This document shows, piece after piece, positions 54,915-63,608 of a DNA stretch of 64,000 bases. Source of the DNA: Prosthecobacter sp. (lineage in GTDB: Bacteria; Verrucomicrobiota; Verrucomicrobiia; Verrucomicrobiales; Verrucomicrobiaceae); contig NZ_JBGAGS010000001.1 in the NCBI RefSeq assembly GCF_044226605.1, positions 91,214 to 155,213 on the forward strand. Direction: 5' to 3'. Under the pieces are notes generated by a model that ran no database searches, was not told the origin of the DNA, and saw only the letters and a program-made list of their open reading frames with translations. Positions within the stretch are counted from its first letter, which is position 1, and each line of letters opens with the position of its first letter. The translations under genes and the position numbers were made by a program.

Positions 54915-55844
54915 TCAAAAATCGACGTCTTCGGCCTTTCCGGATGCCACGATCCCGCAACGCACAATGCAGCGTTTCAGGTCAGCACCCGACTGCACGC
55001 GCCCCCCGGGCCAGACAATGCTGTCCTCCAGATGGACGCCAGCCTCCACCACCGCCCCTGCCCCGACAACATTGATGCCACGAAGCACCGCCCCCGGCTC
55101 GATGTGCGCTCCCGGGTCAATCGCAGCGCCATACATGCCATTCAGAGCTGAGTGCGCAGAAAGGTAGGCGGTCCGGCTGCCCAGGTCCCACCAGCTGCCT
55201 TCGTCCACCACCACCGCTCCGAGTCTGGCGCCAGCGCGGATCATGTTCAAAAAGATGGGAATGACGGACTCCACCTTGCCGGGCGTGATCCAGTCGTGGA
55301 TGGCCGGGTCGCAAGCGTAAATGCCCGTGAACAGGTATTTCCCCTCGTCTCCCGTGCCAAGCTTGTTGCGAATGTCCGTCACCAGCCCCTTCTGCGGATC
55401 ATAAGCGATGTGCAGGGACGGCCCATGGCTGCGCAGCACCAAAGTGACGAGATTGCCCTTTTCACGATGCTCGGTCAGCAGGGGCTTCAGCGGCAGGTCG
55501 GTCAGGATGTCGCCGTTATAGACCAGGAAGGGCTCGTTTCCAAGCAGGTCGCGCACATTGGAAATGCCCCCTGCCGTCTCCAGCCTGACCGGGCTTTCAT
55601 TGCGAAACTGAATCGGCACGCCGTGGTAGCTCTGATCTGGAAAGGCCTCGGCATAAGCATCCGGAATGTGGTGGGTGTTCACCACCAGCCTCTCCACCCC
55701 CGCCGCAAGCAGATGGTCGAACGCATAGGTGATGAGCGGCCGGTGAAATACGGGCACGAGCGGCTTCGGAAGCTGCTCCGTCAACGGTTTCAGTCTTTCA
55801 CCAATGCCTGCGCCCAATACAAATGCCTGTTTCACGCGCGGCAT
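54915..55844 (-). CDS. sugar-1-phosphate nucleotidyltransferase with a C-terminal left-handed beta-helix
   Basis: It contains VLGAGIGERLKPLTEQLPKPLVPV, YNGDILTD and C-terminal hexapeptide-like repeats. Confidence 0.85.
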   Translation of the reverse strand: MPRVKQAFVLGAGIGERLKPLTEQLPKPLVPVFHRPLITYAFDHLLAAGVERLVVNTHHIPDAYAEAFPDQSYHGVPIQFRNESPVRLETAGGISNVRDLLGNEPFLVYNGDILTDLPLKPLLTEHREKGNLVTLVLRSHGPSLHIAYDPQKGLVTDIRNKLGTGDEGKYLFTGIYACDPAIHDWITPGKVESVIPIFLNMIRAGARLGAVVVDEGSWWDLGSRTAYLSAHSALNGMYGAAIDPGAHIEPGAVLRGINVVGAGAVVEAGVHLEDSIVWPGGRVQSGADLKRCIVRCGIVASGKAEDVDF

Positions 55845-55889
55845 TTACGCGGACGTGATGCCCGTGCAAACAGAAGTTGCCAATGCGGG

Positions 55890-56636
55890 TCAGGCAGGAC
55901 GTTTCTTTCGCATGTAGGTCACCAGCACTACGATGCCTGCCACAGACGCCGCCACCGGCAGCATGTAGTTGTCCCCGGCACTTGTCCCGCACAGCGAGCA
56001 CATCTCATCCGACGTGCTCCCCGCCGCTGCCTGCACCGAATCCGCAGTGATGGGCGGAGGTGCTGCGGTGCGCGGCAGGTAGGTCTTCAAATCCAGTATG
56101 TAGCTCGTTTCTCCAGGAAAGCGGATCTGCTCCCGATCCACCTTCTTCCCCAGCGCCGTATTCTGAAAAAGCACGCTCAGCGGCACGCTCTGCGTCTCCA
56201 TCTTCAGCGCCTTGATCGAATACCCCGTCGTTCCGGCGGGCAGCTTGGAGTGCCACGTCCCCGTCAGCATCACCGGATCCTCAGGAATCTTCAGGGGCGC
56301 ATTTTCCATGGCCGTAAACTCCCACACAAACTCCGGTTTCACCTCCGCTGCCGGCTCAAGCACCACCTCCACAGCTTTCTTGATGTACTCACGTGCCATC
56401 GCCTTCAGCTTTTCCTGCTGGTCCACCGGGGTCACACCCAGGTCGGCATTCGTCAAGTAGGGGGCCACATTCGGGTCCGGCTGAAAGCTCCGCGGGTCGA
56501 TCTCTACCTGGAGCGTCCACTCCTCGTTTTGCTCAAAACTCGCCCTCACCGCTATATCTGGCAGCGGATGCGCCAGGCTGGAGGCAGCAAACGCCAGAAA
56601 GGCGAACATCGTGAGGTTGGGTAGCGCGTTCTTCAT
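55890..56636 (-). CDS. hypothetical secreted protein with a C-terminal TM anchor
   Basis: From the internal ATG at 56636 the signal peptide ends SSLA/HPLPD. The C-terminal helix is followed by RKKRPA. Confidence 0.5.
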   Translation of the reverse strand: MKNALPNLTMFAFLAFAASSLAHPLPDIAVRASFEQNEEWTLQVEIDPRSFQPDPNVAPYLTNADLGVTPVDQQEKLKAMAREYIKKAVEVVLEPAAEVKPEFVWEFTAMENAPLKIPEDPVMLTGTWHSKLPAGTTGYSIKALKMETQSVPLSVLFQNTALGKKVDREQIRFPGETSYILDLKTYLPRTAAPPPITADSVQAAAGSTSDEMCSLCGTSAGDNYMLPVAASVAGIVVLVTYMRKKRPA

Positions 56637-56788
56637 CCCCCAGCGTGGCACAGCCCAAGCCCCTATGACGAGCTTTTTTCAAAAACCCCACATTTTTTGA
56701 TTGTCAGGGGGGGCGACTCTCGTTTTGAATAAGCGCAAATCCGCTCGGTCACTTCCTGACGGAAAGCTAACCACACCCAAACTCAAAC

Positions 56789-57043
56789 ATGAAATCCATC
56801 GTCACCACCCTCGCCGTTCTTGGCCTCTCCGTGTCCGCTTTCGCAGGCTGCGGCAAAATCGACACCACCAGCGGCACCCTCAAGTCCGTTGATGCTGACT
56901 CCAAGTCCATCGTCATCGAATCCGGTGGCAAAGAAGTCAAGCTCACCCTCACCGCCGCCGTCTCCGGCGCTGACAAGCTCGTTGGCAAGAAGGTGACCGC
57001 CACCAGCTCCCACAAGAAGGTGGAATCCCTCAAGGAAGGCTGA
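56789..57043 (+). CDS. small lipoprotein
   Basis: 84 aa with lipobox AFAGC. It has its own terminator directly downstream. Confidence 0.6.
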   Translation: MKSIVTTLAVLGLSVSAFAGCGKIDTTSGTLKSVDADSKSIVIESGGKEVKLTLTAAVSGADKLVGKKVTATSSHKKVESLKEG

Positions 57044-57071
57044 TCCATTTTGCGGTGATCTTTCACCCATG

Positions 57072-57102
57072 AAAGCCCGGAAGTGCCCCTTCCGGGCTTT
57101 TT
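57072..57102 (+). terminator. rho-independent terminator
   Basis: aaagcccggaag-tgccc-cttccgggcttt forms a 12-bp stem followed by TT. Confidence 0.85.
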
Positions 57103-57248
57103 CATGTCCTCGTTTCAAGACTCCTGCTTGTGAGGATTTTGCATTTATTCTTGCAGTCCCATGAAATAATTTGTTTGATTGATCCTCTTAATGCTGGGCA
57201 GCGGTGCAAACCCCTGCCTCGCACCAAGACATACCACACCACACATCC

Positions 57249-57437
57249 ATGAAATTGCTTCTCACCCTCGCCCTCGCCTCCTCCAGCCTTCTGCTGAGCA
57301 GCTGCGCCAACGGCCATTGCGTCTTCGCAAAGAACAAAGCGGCCTCCTCTTCCTGCTGCTCCTCCGGCTCCGGCGCAGGCGCCTCCTGCTGCTCCAGCAC
57401 GGGCCACAGCCACGCCGCTCCTGCCAAGAAGAAGTAA
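57249..57437 (+). CDS. small Cys/His-rich lipoprotein
   Basis: 62 aa from the internal ATG, with lipobox LLSSC. The mature sequence is CANGHCVFAKNKAASSSCCSSGSGAGASCCSSTGHSHAAPAKKK. Confidence 0.55.
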   Translation: MKLLLTLALASSSLLLSSCANGHCVFAKNKAASSSCCSSGSGAGASCCSSTGHSHAAPAKKK

Positions 57438-57463
57438 CGCCTGATCGACTCTCGTTTCGATGG

Positions 57464-57494
57464 AAGCCCGGAGGTCGGACCTCCGGGCTTTTTT
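57464..57494 (+). terminator. rho-independent terminator
   Basis: aagcccggagg-tcgga-cctccgggctt forms an 11-bp stem followed by T6. Confidence 0.85.
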
Positions 57495-57547
57495 GTGCCC
57501 AAATTACGCCGATCCTGCGCACCACCGCGCCTCCTTTGCGGCAGTCA

Positions 57548-57580
57548 GTTTAAACTTGCACCCCAAATGCAAGTTTAAAC
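57548..57580. promoter_or_regulatory. perfect inverted repeat, candidate Rrf2-family operator
   Basis: The sequence is gtttaaacttgca-ccccaaa-tgcaagtttaaac, with 13-nt arms and a 7-nt spacer. It ends 22 nt upstream of the Rrf2 gene ATG. Confidence 0.6.
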
Positions 57581-57602
57581 ATCTGCTCCCGTAAACCGAG
57601 TC

Positions 57603-58043
57603 ATGCGACTCAGCCTTTTCTCCGACTATGCCCTGCGCGTGCTCATGTTTGCCGCGCTGAAGGGAGAAACGTTTTCGCTCAGCGAGGTGGCCGAGGCCTA
57701 TGACATCTCGCGTCATCATCTGGTGAAGGTGGTAAACTACCTGGCAAAGCTGGGCTACCTGGAAACCCGGCGCGGCCGGGGCGGCGGCATCGCGCTGGGC
57801 ATGCCCCCGGAGCAAATCCGGATTGGCATGGTGGTGCGCCGCACGGAGGACAATCCCATCGTCGTTGAATGCTTCGACAAACAGCACAACACCTGCCCCA
57901 TCAACGGCTCCTGCCGCCTCAAAGGGGCCCTCGCCCAGGCGGTGAACGCTTTTTACGAAACGCTGGACCGCCACACGCTGCGGGATCTCGTCGTCGGGTC
58001 GGCGGGCGCGGGCATGCGGCAGCAGCTGCTGCCGAAGGCATGA
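57603..58043 (+). CDS. Rrf2-family transcriptional regulator (NsrR/IscR-like, three-Cys cluster type)
   Basis: It contains MRLSLFSDYALRVLMF, the wHTH ISRHHLVKVVNYLAKLGYLETRRGRGGG and the Cys triad C-x7-C-x5-C. Confidence 0.88.
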   Translation: MRLSLFSDYALRVLMFAALKGETFSLSEVAEAYDISRHHLVKVVNYLAKLGYLETRRGRGGGIALGMPPEQIRIGMVVRRTEDNPIVVECFDKQHNTCPINGSCRLKGALAQAVNAFYETLDRHTLRDLVVGSAGAGMRQQLLPKA

Positions 58044-58075
58044 CGAAATAAACGACAGACATCCCTCTTCCGGTC

Positions 58076-59443
58076 ATGAAATCCTCTCTTCCATGTTCTT
58101 TGGCTCCACTCAGTTCGAACTTACGCTGGAGCTTCATTCTGCCTTCGTCATTGGTCATTCTGCTGTCCGCATGGCTGCCGCTTCAGGCAGAGGACGAATA
58201 CGAAAATGCGCCCATCCGCTACTCCGAGACCGAGCCCAATGACGCGGCCCAGCGCCTGGAACGCATGATGGCGGCAGGCAAGGTGAAAATCGACCGCACA
58301 GACGCGTGGACGGTGCTGCGGGATGTGATGAAGCAGTTCGACATCCCGCAGGAGTCGCAGGTCATGGTCTTCTCCAAGACCAGCAAGCAGAATGACCGCA
58401 TCAGCCCGCAGACACCACGCGTGGTTTATTTTGGCGACAATGCCTACGTGGGCTACTGCCTCGGTGGCAGCATTGAAGTGGCCACGGTGGACCCGAAGCT
58501 CGGGCCCATTTTTTATCTGCTGGATCCTCATGAAGAACCGTCCAAGCCCCTGCAGTTTCAGCGCGACAACAGCTGCCTGAGCTGCCACGGCGGGCCCTTC
58601 TCTCCGGGGGTGCCCGGCGTCATCGTGCGCTCGGTGTATCCAGGACCTGAGGGCCACCCCATCATGAGCCAGGGCAGCACCGTCGTGGATACCACCACCC
58701 CCTTCAGCGACCGCTGGGGCGGCTGGTACGTGACGGGCAGGCACGGCAGCATCCTTCATCGCGGGAATGTGACCGCTACTGAGAAGAACGACCAGACGAT
58801 CGACATCAATTTCAAAGCGGGCGCGAACATTGCCAGCCTCGGCAAATTCTTCGACACCAGCCCCTACAAGCGCAAGCAGAGCGACATCGTGGCCCTCATG
58901 GTGCTGGAGCATCAGACCAGTGTGCAAAACATCCTGACCAAGGCGAACCACACCTCCCTGCGCGCGATGTACATGCAGACCAGCCTGCAGAAGGAGTTGG
59001 GAGAGCCGGTCACCACGGAGCCCACCGGCAGCGCGCGCCGGATCATTGACCATAGCGCCGAGGATGTGGTGGAGGCCCTGCTCTTCAAAGACGAGGCCGC
59101 CCTGCCCGAAGGCGGCATCGAAGGCGATCCCGCCTTCCAGACCGCCTTCACTAAAAACGCCCCGCAGAGCAGCGACGGCCGCAGCCTGAAGGATTTCCAG
59201 CTCCTGCACAGGCTCTTCAAATACCGCTGCAGCTACATGGTCTATTCCCTCACCTTCCAGCACCTCACCGCGCCGCTGAAGCAGACGGTGCTCAGCCGCC
59301 TGTGGACCATCTTGGACGGCAAGGACACCACCGGCCACTTCACCTACCTCTCTGAGAAAGAACGCGGCCACATCCGCCGCATTTTAGCGGAGACGCTGCC
59401 AGGGGCACCGGCGGCGTGGAAGAAGGCGCTGGCGGTGAAGTGA
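58076..59443 (+). CDS. hypothetical exported protein with a single CXXCH motif
   Basis: It has an N-terminal hydrophobic segment. CLSCH lies at 58574-58588, in frame. It starts 32 nt downstream of the Rrf2 gene. Confidence 0.6.
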   Translation: MKSSLPCSLAPLSSNLRWSFILPSSLVILLSAWLPLQAEDEYENAPIRYSETEPNDAAQRLERMMAAGKVKIDRTDAWTVLRDVMKQFDIPQESQVMVFSKTSKQNDRISPQTPRVVYFGDNAYVGYCLGGSIEVATVDPKLGPIFYLLDPHEEPSKPLQFQRDNSCLSCHGGPFSPGVPGVIVRSVYPGPEGHPIMSQGSTVVDTTTPFSDRWGGWYVTGRHGSILHRGNVTATEKNDQTIDINFKAGANIASLGKFFDTSPYKRKQSDIVALMVLEHQTSVQNILTKANHTSLRAMYMQTSLQKELGEPVTTEPTGSARRIIDHSAEDVVEALLFKDEAALPEGGIEGDPAFQTAFTKNAPQSSDGRSLKDFQLLHRLFKYRCSYMVYSLTFQHLTAPLKQTVLSRLWTILDGKDTTGHFTYLSEKERGHIRRILAETLPGAPAAWKKALAVK

Positions 59444-59490
59444 GTCGTGCTGCTGGTTGAAAACGCGCGCGCCTTCTCCACCCTGCACGC

Positions 59491-59871
59491 ATGAAACAGC
59501 TCCTCACCTTCCTGCTCTGCGCCTTCTGTCTCACGTCCTGCGGAGAAAAACAGCCTGCCGTGGTCGATTTCGCCGACAAAAATGTCGAAATGCTCAACGA
59601 AGGCAAAGAAGCCACTTACAAAGGCAAACCCTACACCGGCACCATCCTCAGCAAGCATTCCAACGGCAAGGACAAGGGCAAATACCCCTACGTGGACGGC
59701 AAGATGCACGGCGTCATGTTGGAATGGTATGAAAACGGCCAGAAGTCCGCTGAAACCAATTTCGACCGCGGCCAGCGCCACGGACTCAACCGCTACTGGG
59801 ACCTCAAGGGGAGGCAGACCAAAGAACAAATCTACGATCACGATAAATCCGTGAGCGAGAAACATCTCTAG
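59491..59871 (+). CDS. MORN-repeat (YwqK-like) lipoprotein
   Basis: It has lipobox LTSCG and the repeats GKMHGVMLEWYENGQK and GQRHGLNRYWDLKG. Confidence 0.7.
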   Translation: MKQLLTFLLCAFCLTSCGEKQPAVVDFADKNVEMLNEGKEATYKGKPYTGTILSKHSNGKDKGKYPYVDGKMHGVMLEWYENGQKSAETNFDRGQRHGLNRYWDLKGRQTKEQIYDHDKSVSEKHL

Positions 59872-59908
59872 ATCGGTCCTGCCGGTTTAGCCTCTCTCAC
59901 TTCCCTTC

Positions 59909-60613
59909 ATGGCCGCACCTGTCATCGCGCTGCTCGTCATTGCACTGGTCTCACTCCTCGTGGTGAGGGTAGGCGCAACGGCCCTCATGATGACCGGCAT
60001 AAGCTGGGACACGGCCAGCTTTCAGGCCTACTCAGCGTTTTTCGGCGTGGGCTTCACCACCAAGGAGGCGGAGCTGGTCGTGAACCATCCGGTGCGCCGC
60101 CGTATCATCCGCGATCTCATTCTCGCTGGAAACGTGGGCCTTACTTCCGCGCTTGCCACTCTCATTGTTACCCTCCTGCAGAGCGGCTCCGGTGGCGATA
60201 CCATGCTCATGCTTCTCTGGCTCGTCGGCGGGCTGGTGCTCATGCTCTTCGTCTCCCGCCTCGCCTGGTTTCAAAAGATGCTCGACCACATCATCCAGCG
60301 CACACTGGAACGCACTGGAATGGTGCGCGCTCTGGACTATGAACTGCTGCTGCGCATTCAGCACGGCTATGTGGTATCAGAGATCGAGGTTCTGCCCCGA
60401 ACTTTTCTAGCCGAACGCACACTGCGAGAGTCACGCCCATGGGACCGAGGCGTTGTAATCCTTTCCATCAAGCGCGACGGCCACACTCAGTCCGGCATCC
60501 CTGCCCGGGATGATCTGATCAAGGCCGGTGACGTTCTGACCGCGTACGGCAAGGAGAACGACCTCCTGGCCATGACCCAGCCCTTCGAAAAAACCACCCA
60601 CTTAGAATCATGA
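59909..60613 (+). CDS. membrane protein with a C-terminal TrkA-C (RCK_C) domain
   Basis: It has four hydrophobic segments, then a C-terminus typical of RCK_C (EIEVLPRTFLAERTLRE...VVILSIKRDG...LKAGDVLTAYG). Confidence 0.7.
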   Translation: MAAPVIALLVIALVSLLVVRVGATALMMTGISWDTASFQAYSAFFGVGFTTKEAELVVNHPVRRRIIRDLILAGNVGLTSALATLIVTLLQSGSGGDTMLMLLWLVGGLVLMLFVSRLAWFQKMLDHIIQRTLERTGMVRALDYELLLRIQHGYVVSEIEVLPRTFLAERTLRESRPWDRGVVILSIKRDGHTQSGIPARDDLIKAGDVLTAYGKENDLLAMTQPFEKTTHLES

Positions 60614-61320
60614 ATCTCACCCACCAAGTCTGCGCCATCACGGGTGGCGCAAAAGGTATCGGCCTCGCCACAGCTCAAGCCCTTCTCGCACGTGGCGCGC
60701 GTGTGGCTTTGCTGGACCTGGAAAATGTTGCGCTCGATCACCCGAATGCGCTTTCCGTTCGCTGCGATGTGTCCCGCGCTGCGGAAGTCCAGGCCGCCGT
60801 CGATCAAATCACCGAGCGTCTTGGTCCCGTCTCCGTCTGGGTGAACAATGCCGGACTCGCGCGCCATCGCTGGATTCAAGATTACACGGAAAGCGAGATC
60901 GACCTGATGCTGGACGTGAACCTGAAAGGCACCATCCTCGGCTCCCAGGCGGCGCTGAAGGCCATGGTACCACACAAGCGGGGCCACATCATCAACGTCA
61001 TCTCCACCGCCAGCCTGCGTGGCATCCCGAGCGAGACGGTCTATTGCGCCGCGAAGTGGGGCGTGCGGGGATTCACCCAGGGTCTGGCCGAGGAGGCCGC
61101 GCCACACCGCATCCGCGTGACCGCCATCCTGCCCGGCGGCGTGGACACCGCCTTCTGGGACGATGCCTCCCAGCGCCAGGCGCCGAAGCAGCTTTTCCTC
61201 AAGCCGGAGCACATCGCCGACGGCATCGTACGCTGCATCGAGATGGATGACTTCTGCGTGCCGCGGGAGCTGGTGCTGCGTTCGCTGGATGACAGCGATT
61301 TCTCGGTAAAGCCGGCGTAA
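60610..61320 (+). CDS. SDR-family oxidoreductase
   Basis: It has ITGGAKGIGLATA (TGxxxGxG), NNAG and YCAAK (YxxxK). There is a 4-nt overlap with the upstream gene. Confidence 0.9.
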   Translation: MNLTHQVCAITGGAKGIGLATAQALLARGARVALLDLENVALDHPNALSVRCDVSRAAEVQAAVDQITERLGPVSVWVNNAGLARHRWIQDYTESEIDLMLDVNLKGTILGSQAALKAMVPHKRGHIINVISTASLRGIPSETVYCAAKWGVRGFTQGLAEEAAPHRIRVTAILPGGVDTAFWDDASQRQAPKQLFLKPEHIADGIVRCIEMDDFCVPRELVLRSLDDSDFSVKPA

Positions 61321-61459
61321 TCGCAAACAGAGCGATCCACCGGACATTTTTTCTCTCCCGACCCGTATTTGATGGTGAGATTTGTGCCCGCAGCCGCAGG
61401 CCGCTGGTTCCCGACTGGCTCGTGGGCACCTCCCTATTCTGCACCTTGAGCACCCAACC

Positions 61460-62254
61460 ATGAGACACCCGTTTTTCCTGCTCACCTCCCGACGTGACTT
61501 TTGCAAGGCGGCTTCTCTTGGCATCCTCTACAGCGTGTGCGCTCCAAGCACGGTTCTTCACAGTGAAGCAGCCGTGGGCTTGGACACCGGGGTCGGCGAC
61601 CGGCCACCGCCGGGGTTCATCCCCCTCTTTGACGGCAAGACTTGGGCCAACTGGCAGCACGAGGCACACTTGGAAGGTGTGTGGGAAATCGCCGACGGCG
61701 TAATCCGCCTGCGTACGGATGAACCGCCACGCATACGCGGCAAAGACTACAATCTCTCCACCCTCAAAAAATACAAAAACTTCACGCTGATGCTGGACTG
61801 GCGGCTCACTGGGAAGCCTGTAGTGAAGCCTCATCAGTGGCTCATGGATGATGGCCAGTTTCACACGGATGCAGCCGGCAAGGTGATCATGAAAGACAAT
61901 CTCACCTGGGGAGACAGCGGGGTCTACCTGCGTGGCATGCGTGCGGCTCAGGTCAACATCTGGTGCCAGCCCTGTGGAAGCGGCGAGGTAGGCACCAAAT
62001 TCAAGGACACCACCGCCAGCAAGGAGGAGCGCATGAAGACCATGCCCAGCGCCCGCGCCGACAAGGGGCCGGGCGAATGGAACCGGTTCGTCATCACGCT
62101 GCGTGGAGACCGTGTGGATGTGAGCCTTAATGGCAGGGATGTCATCCAAGGAGCGCAGGTGAAGGACATTCCCGCGGAAGGGCCGATCACTTTGCAAAAC
62201 CACAAGGATGCCGTGGAGTTCAGGCGCATCTTTATCAAAGAGCTCGGCCAGTGA
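61460..62254 (+). CDS. DUF1080 (3-keto-disaccharide hydrolase-like) protein with a Tat-like signal
   Basis: The internal ATG at 61460 gives SRRDFCKAASLG. WNRFVITLRGDRV and LQNHKDAVEFRRIFIKEL are also present. Confidence 0.8.
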   Translation: MRHPFFLLTSRRDFCKAASLGILYSVCAPSTVLHSEAAVGLDTGVGDRPPPGFIPLFDGKTWANWQHEAHLEGVWEIADGVIRLRTDEPPRIRGKDYNLSTLKKYKNFTLMLDWRLTGKPVVKPHQWLMDDGQFHTDAAGKVIMKDNLTWGDSGVYLRGMRAAQVNIWCQPCGSGEVGTKFKDTTASKEERMKTMPSARADKGPGEWNRFVITLRGDRVDVSLNGRDVIQGAQVKDIPAEGPITLQNHKDAVEFRRIFIKELGQ

Positions 62255-62270
62255 GCCCCCTATTCAAACC

Positions 62271-63572
62271 ATGAAGCCGTTCGTTTTCCTATTCCTCGTC
62301 TCCAGCTTGAATGCTGCGGAACCGCTCGATACTTTTATCGAGAAGGAACGACCCTCGTTGATCCAGCTTTATGAGCACCTTCATGCGCATCCCGAGCTCT
62401 CTCTTCATGAGGAGAAAACGAGTGTTCGCATGGCGGAGGAGATCCGAAAAGTGGGCTTTGAAGTGACGGAGAAAGTCGGGGGATTTGGCGTGGTGGGCGT
62501 GCTGAAAAACGGACCGGGAAAAACGGTGCTCGTGCGCACCGATCTGGACGGTCTGCCCGTAAGGGAAATCGGCTCCGTGCCCTATGTGAGCAAAACGACC
62601 ACCAAGGATGACGCGGGCAATGATGTCTCCGTCATGCATGCCTGCGGGCACGACATGCACATGACCTGCTGGCTCGGCGCGGCACGGGCGCTCGCGGCCT
62701 CGAAAGATCAATGGCAGGGCACGCTCGTCTTCATTGCTCAGCCAGCGGAGGAGCGCGGCCTGGGTGCGCTGGCAATGGTCGGGGACGGCTTGTATCAGCG
62801 CTTCCCCAAGCCTGATGTCTGCCTGGCATTGCATTGCGATTCAAGTCTCGCGGTGGGGACTTTCGGATTCACCAGCGGCCCGGCCACGGCGAGCACCGAT
62901 ACCGTGGAGATCATGGTCAAAGGCATTGGCGGTCATGGCGCCATGCCAAATCTGACCAAGGATCCGATTGTGCTTGCCTCGCAGATCGTGCTGGCGCTGC
63001 AAACGATCGACAGCCGGGAACTGCATCCGGTGGAGCCGGTCGTGATCACGGTTGGCAAGTTCATCGGCGGCACCAAGAGCAACATCATCCCCGACAAGGT
63101 GGAACTCGGTCTCACCGTCCGCACCACCAGCACCGAGACACGCACACAGGTGCTGGAGGCCATCAAACGCATCTGCCGCGGCCTTGGCATCGCTGCTGGA
63201 CTGCCGGAAAACCTGCTGCCGGAAATCGCCATCACCGGACCTGGAACGCCCTCCGTTTACAATGACCCCGCCCTCACCGCACGCGTGACTCAGGTCTGGG
63301 CGGAGGCCTTTGGCAAAACCAGTGTGATCGAGCGCAAGCCGACGATGGCCGGCGAGGATTTCTCCCGCTACACGATGACGCCCGACAAGATTCCCGTCTT
63401 CCTCGCCTGGCTCGGCACCGTGGCACCTGAAAAAATGGAACGGGCGAAAGCGAGCGGTGAAATCCTGCCCAGCCTGCACTCGCCGTTCTATCGCCCGGAG
63501 CCCGCGCCCTCGATCACCTTTGGCGTCAAAGCCATGACGCTCGCGGTTCTCTATGAGCTCAATCACAAATAA
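62271..63572 (+). CDS. M20D amidohydrolase (N-acyl-amino-acid/hippurate hydrolase-like)
   Basis: The internal ATG at 62271 gives a signal peptide. LHAHPELSLHE, MHACGHDMH and FIAQPAEE are also present. Confidence 0.9.
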   Translation: MKPFVFLFLVSSLNAAEPLDTFIEKERPSLIQLYEHLHAHPELSLHEEKTSVRMAEEIRKVGFEVTEKVGGFGVVGVLKNGPGKTVLVRTDLDGLPVREIGSVPYVSKTTTKDDAGNDVSVMHACGHDMHMTCWLGAARALAASKDQWQGTLVFIAQPAEERGLGALAMVGDGLYQRFPKPDVCLALHCDSSLAVGTFGFTSGPATASTDTVEIMVKGIGGHGAMPNLTKDPIVLASQIVLALQTIDSRELHPVEPVVITVGKFIGGTKSNIIPDKVELGLTVRTTSTETRTQVLEAIKRICRGLGIAAGLPENLLPEIAITGPGTPSVYNDPALTARVTQVWAEAFGKTSVIERKPTMAGEDFSRYTMTPDKIPVFLAWLGTVAPEKMERAKASGEILPSLHSPFYRPEPAPSITFGVKAMTLAVLYELNHK

Positions 63573-63608
63573 CGGAAGCGAATCACTCATTCGCTCCATT
63601 GATGTTCT

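Noticed and set aside
57139-57167. A sigma-70-like promoter guess (TTGCAT, 17 nt, TGAAAT) upstream of the Cys-rich lipoprotein gene.
   Set aside because: The -10 element matches only 4 of 6 positions, and promoter consensus for this lineage is uncertain. It is too weak to report as a feature without 5'-end data.
59491-59871. MORN/YwqK-like protein considered as an immunity or antitoxin component of a polymorphic toxin system.
   Set aside because: No toxin or deaminase gene is adjacent. The protein has a lipobox and appears to be a stand-alone envelope lipoprotein.
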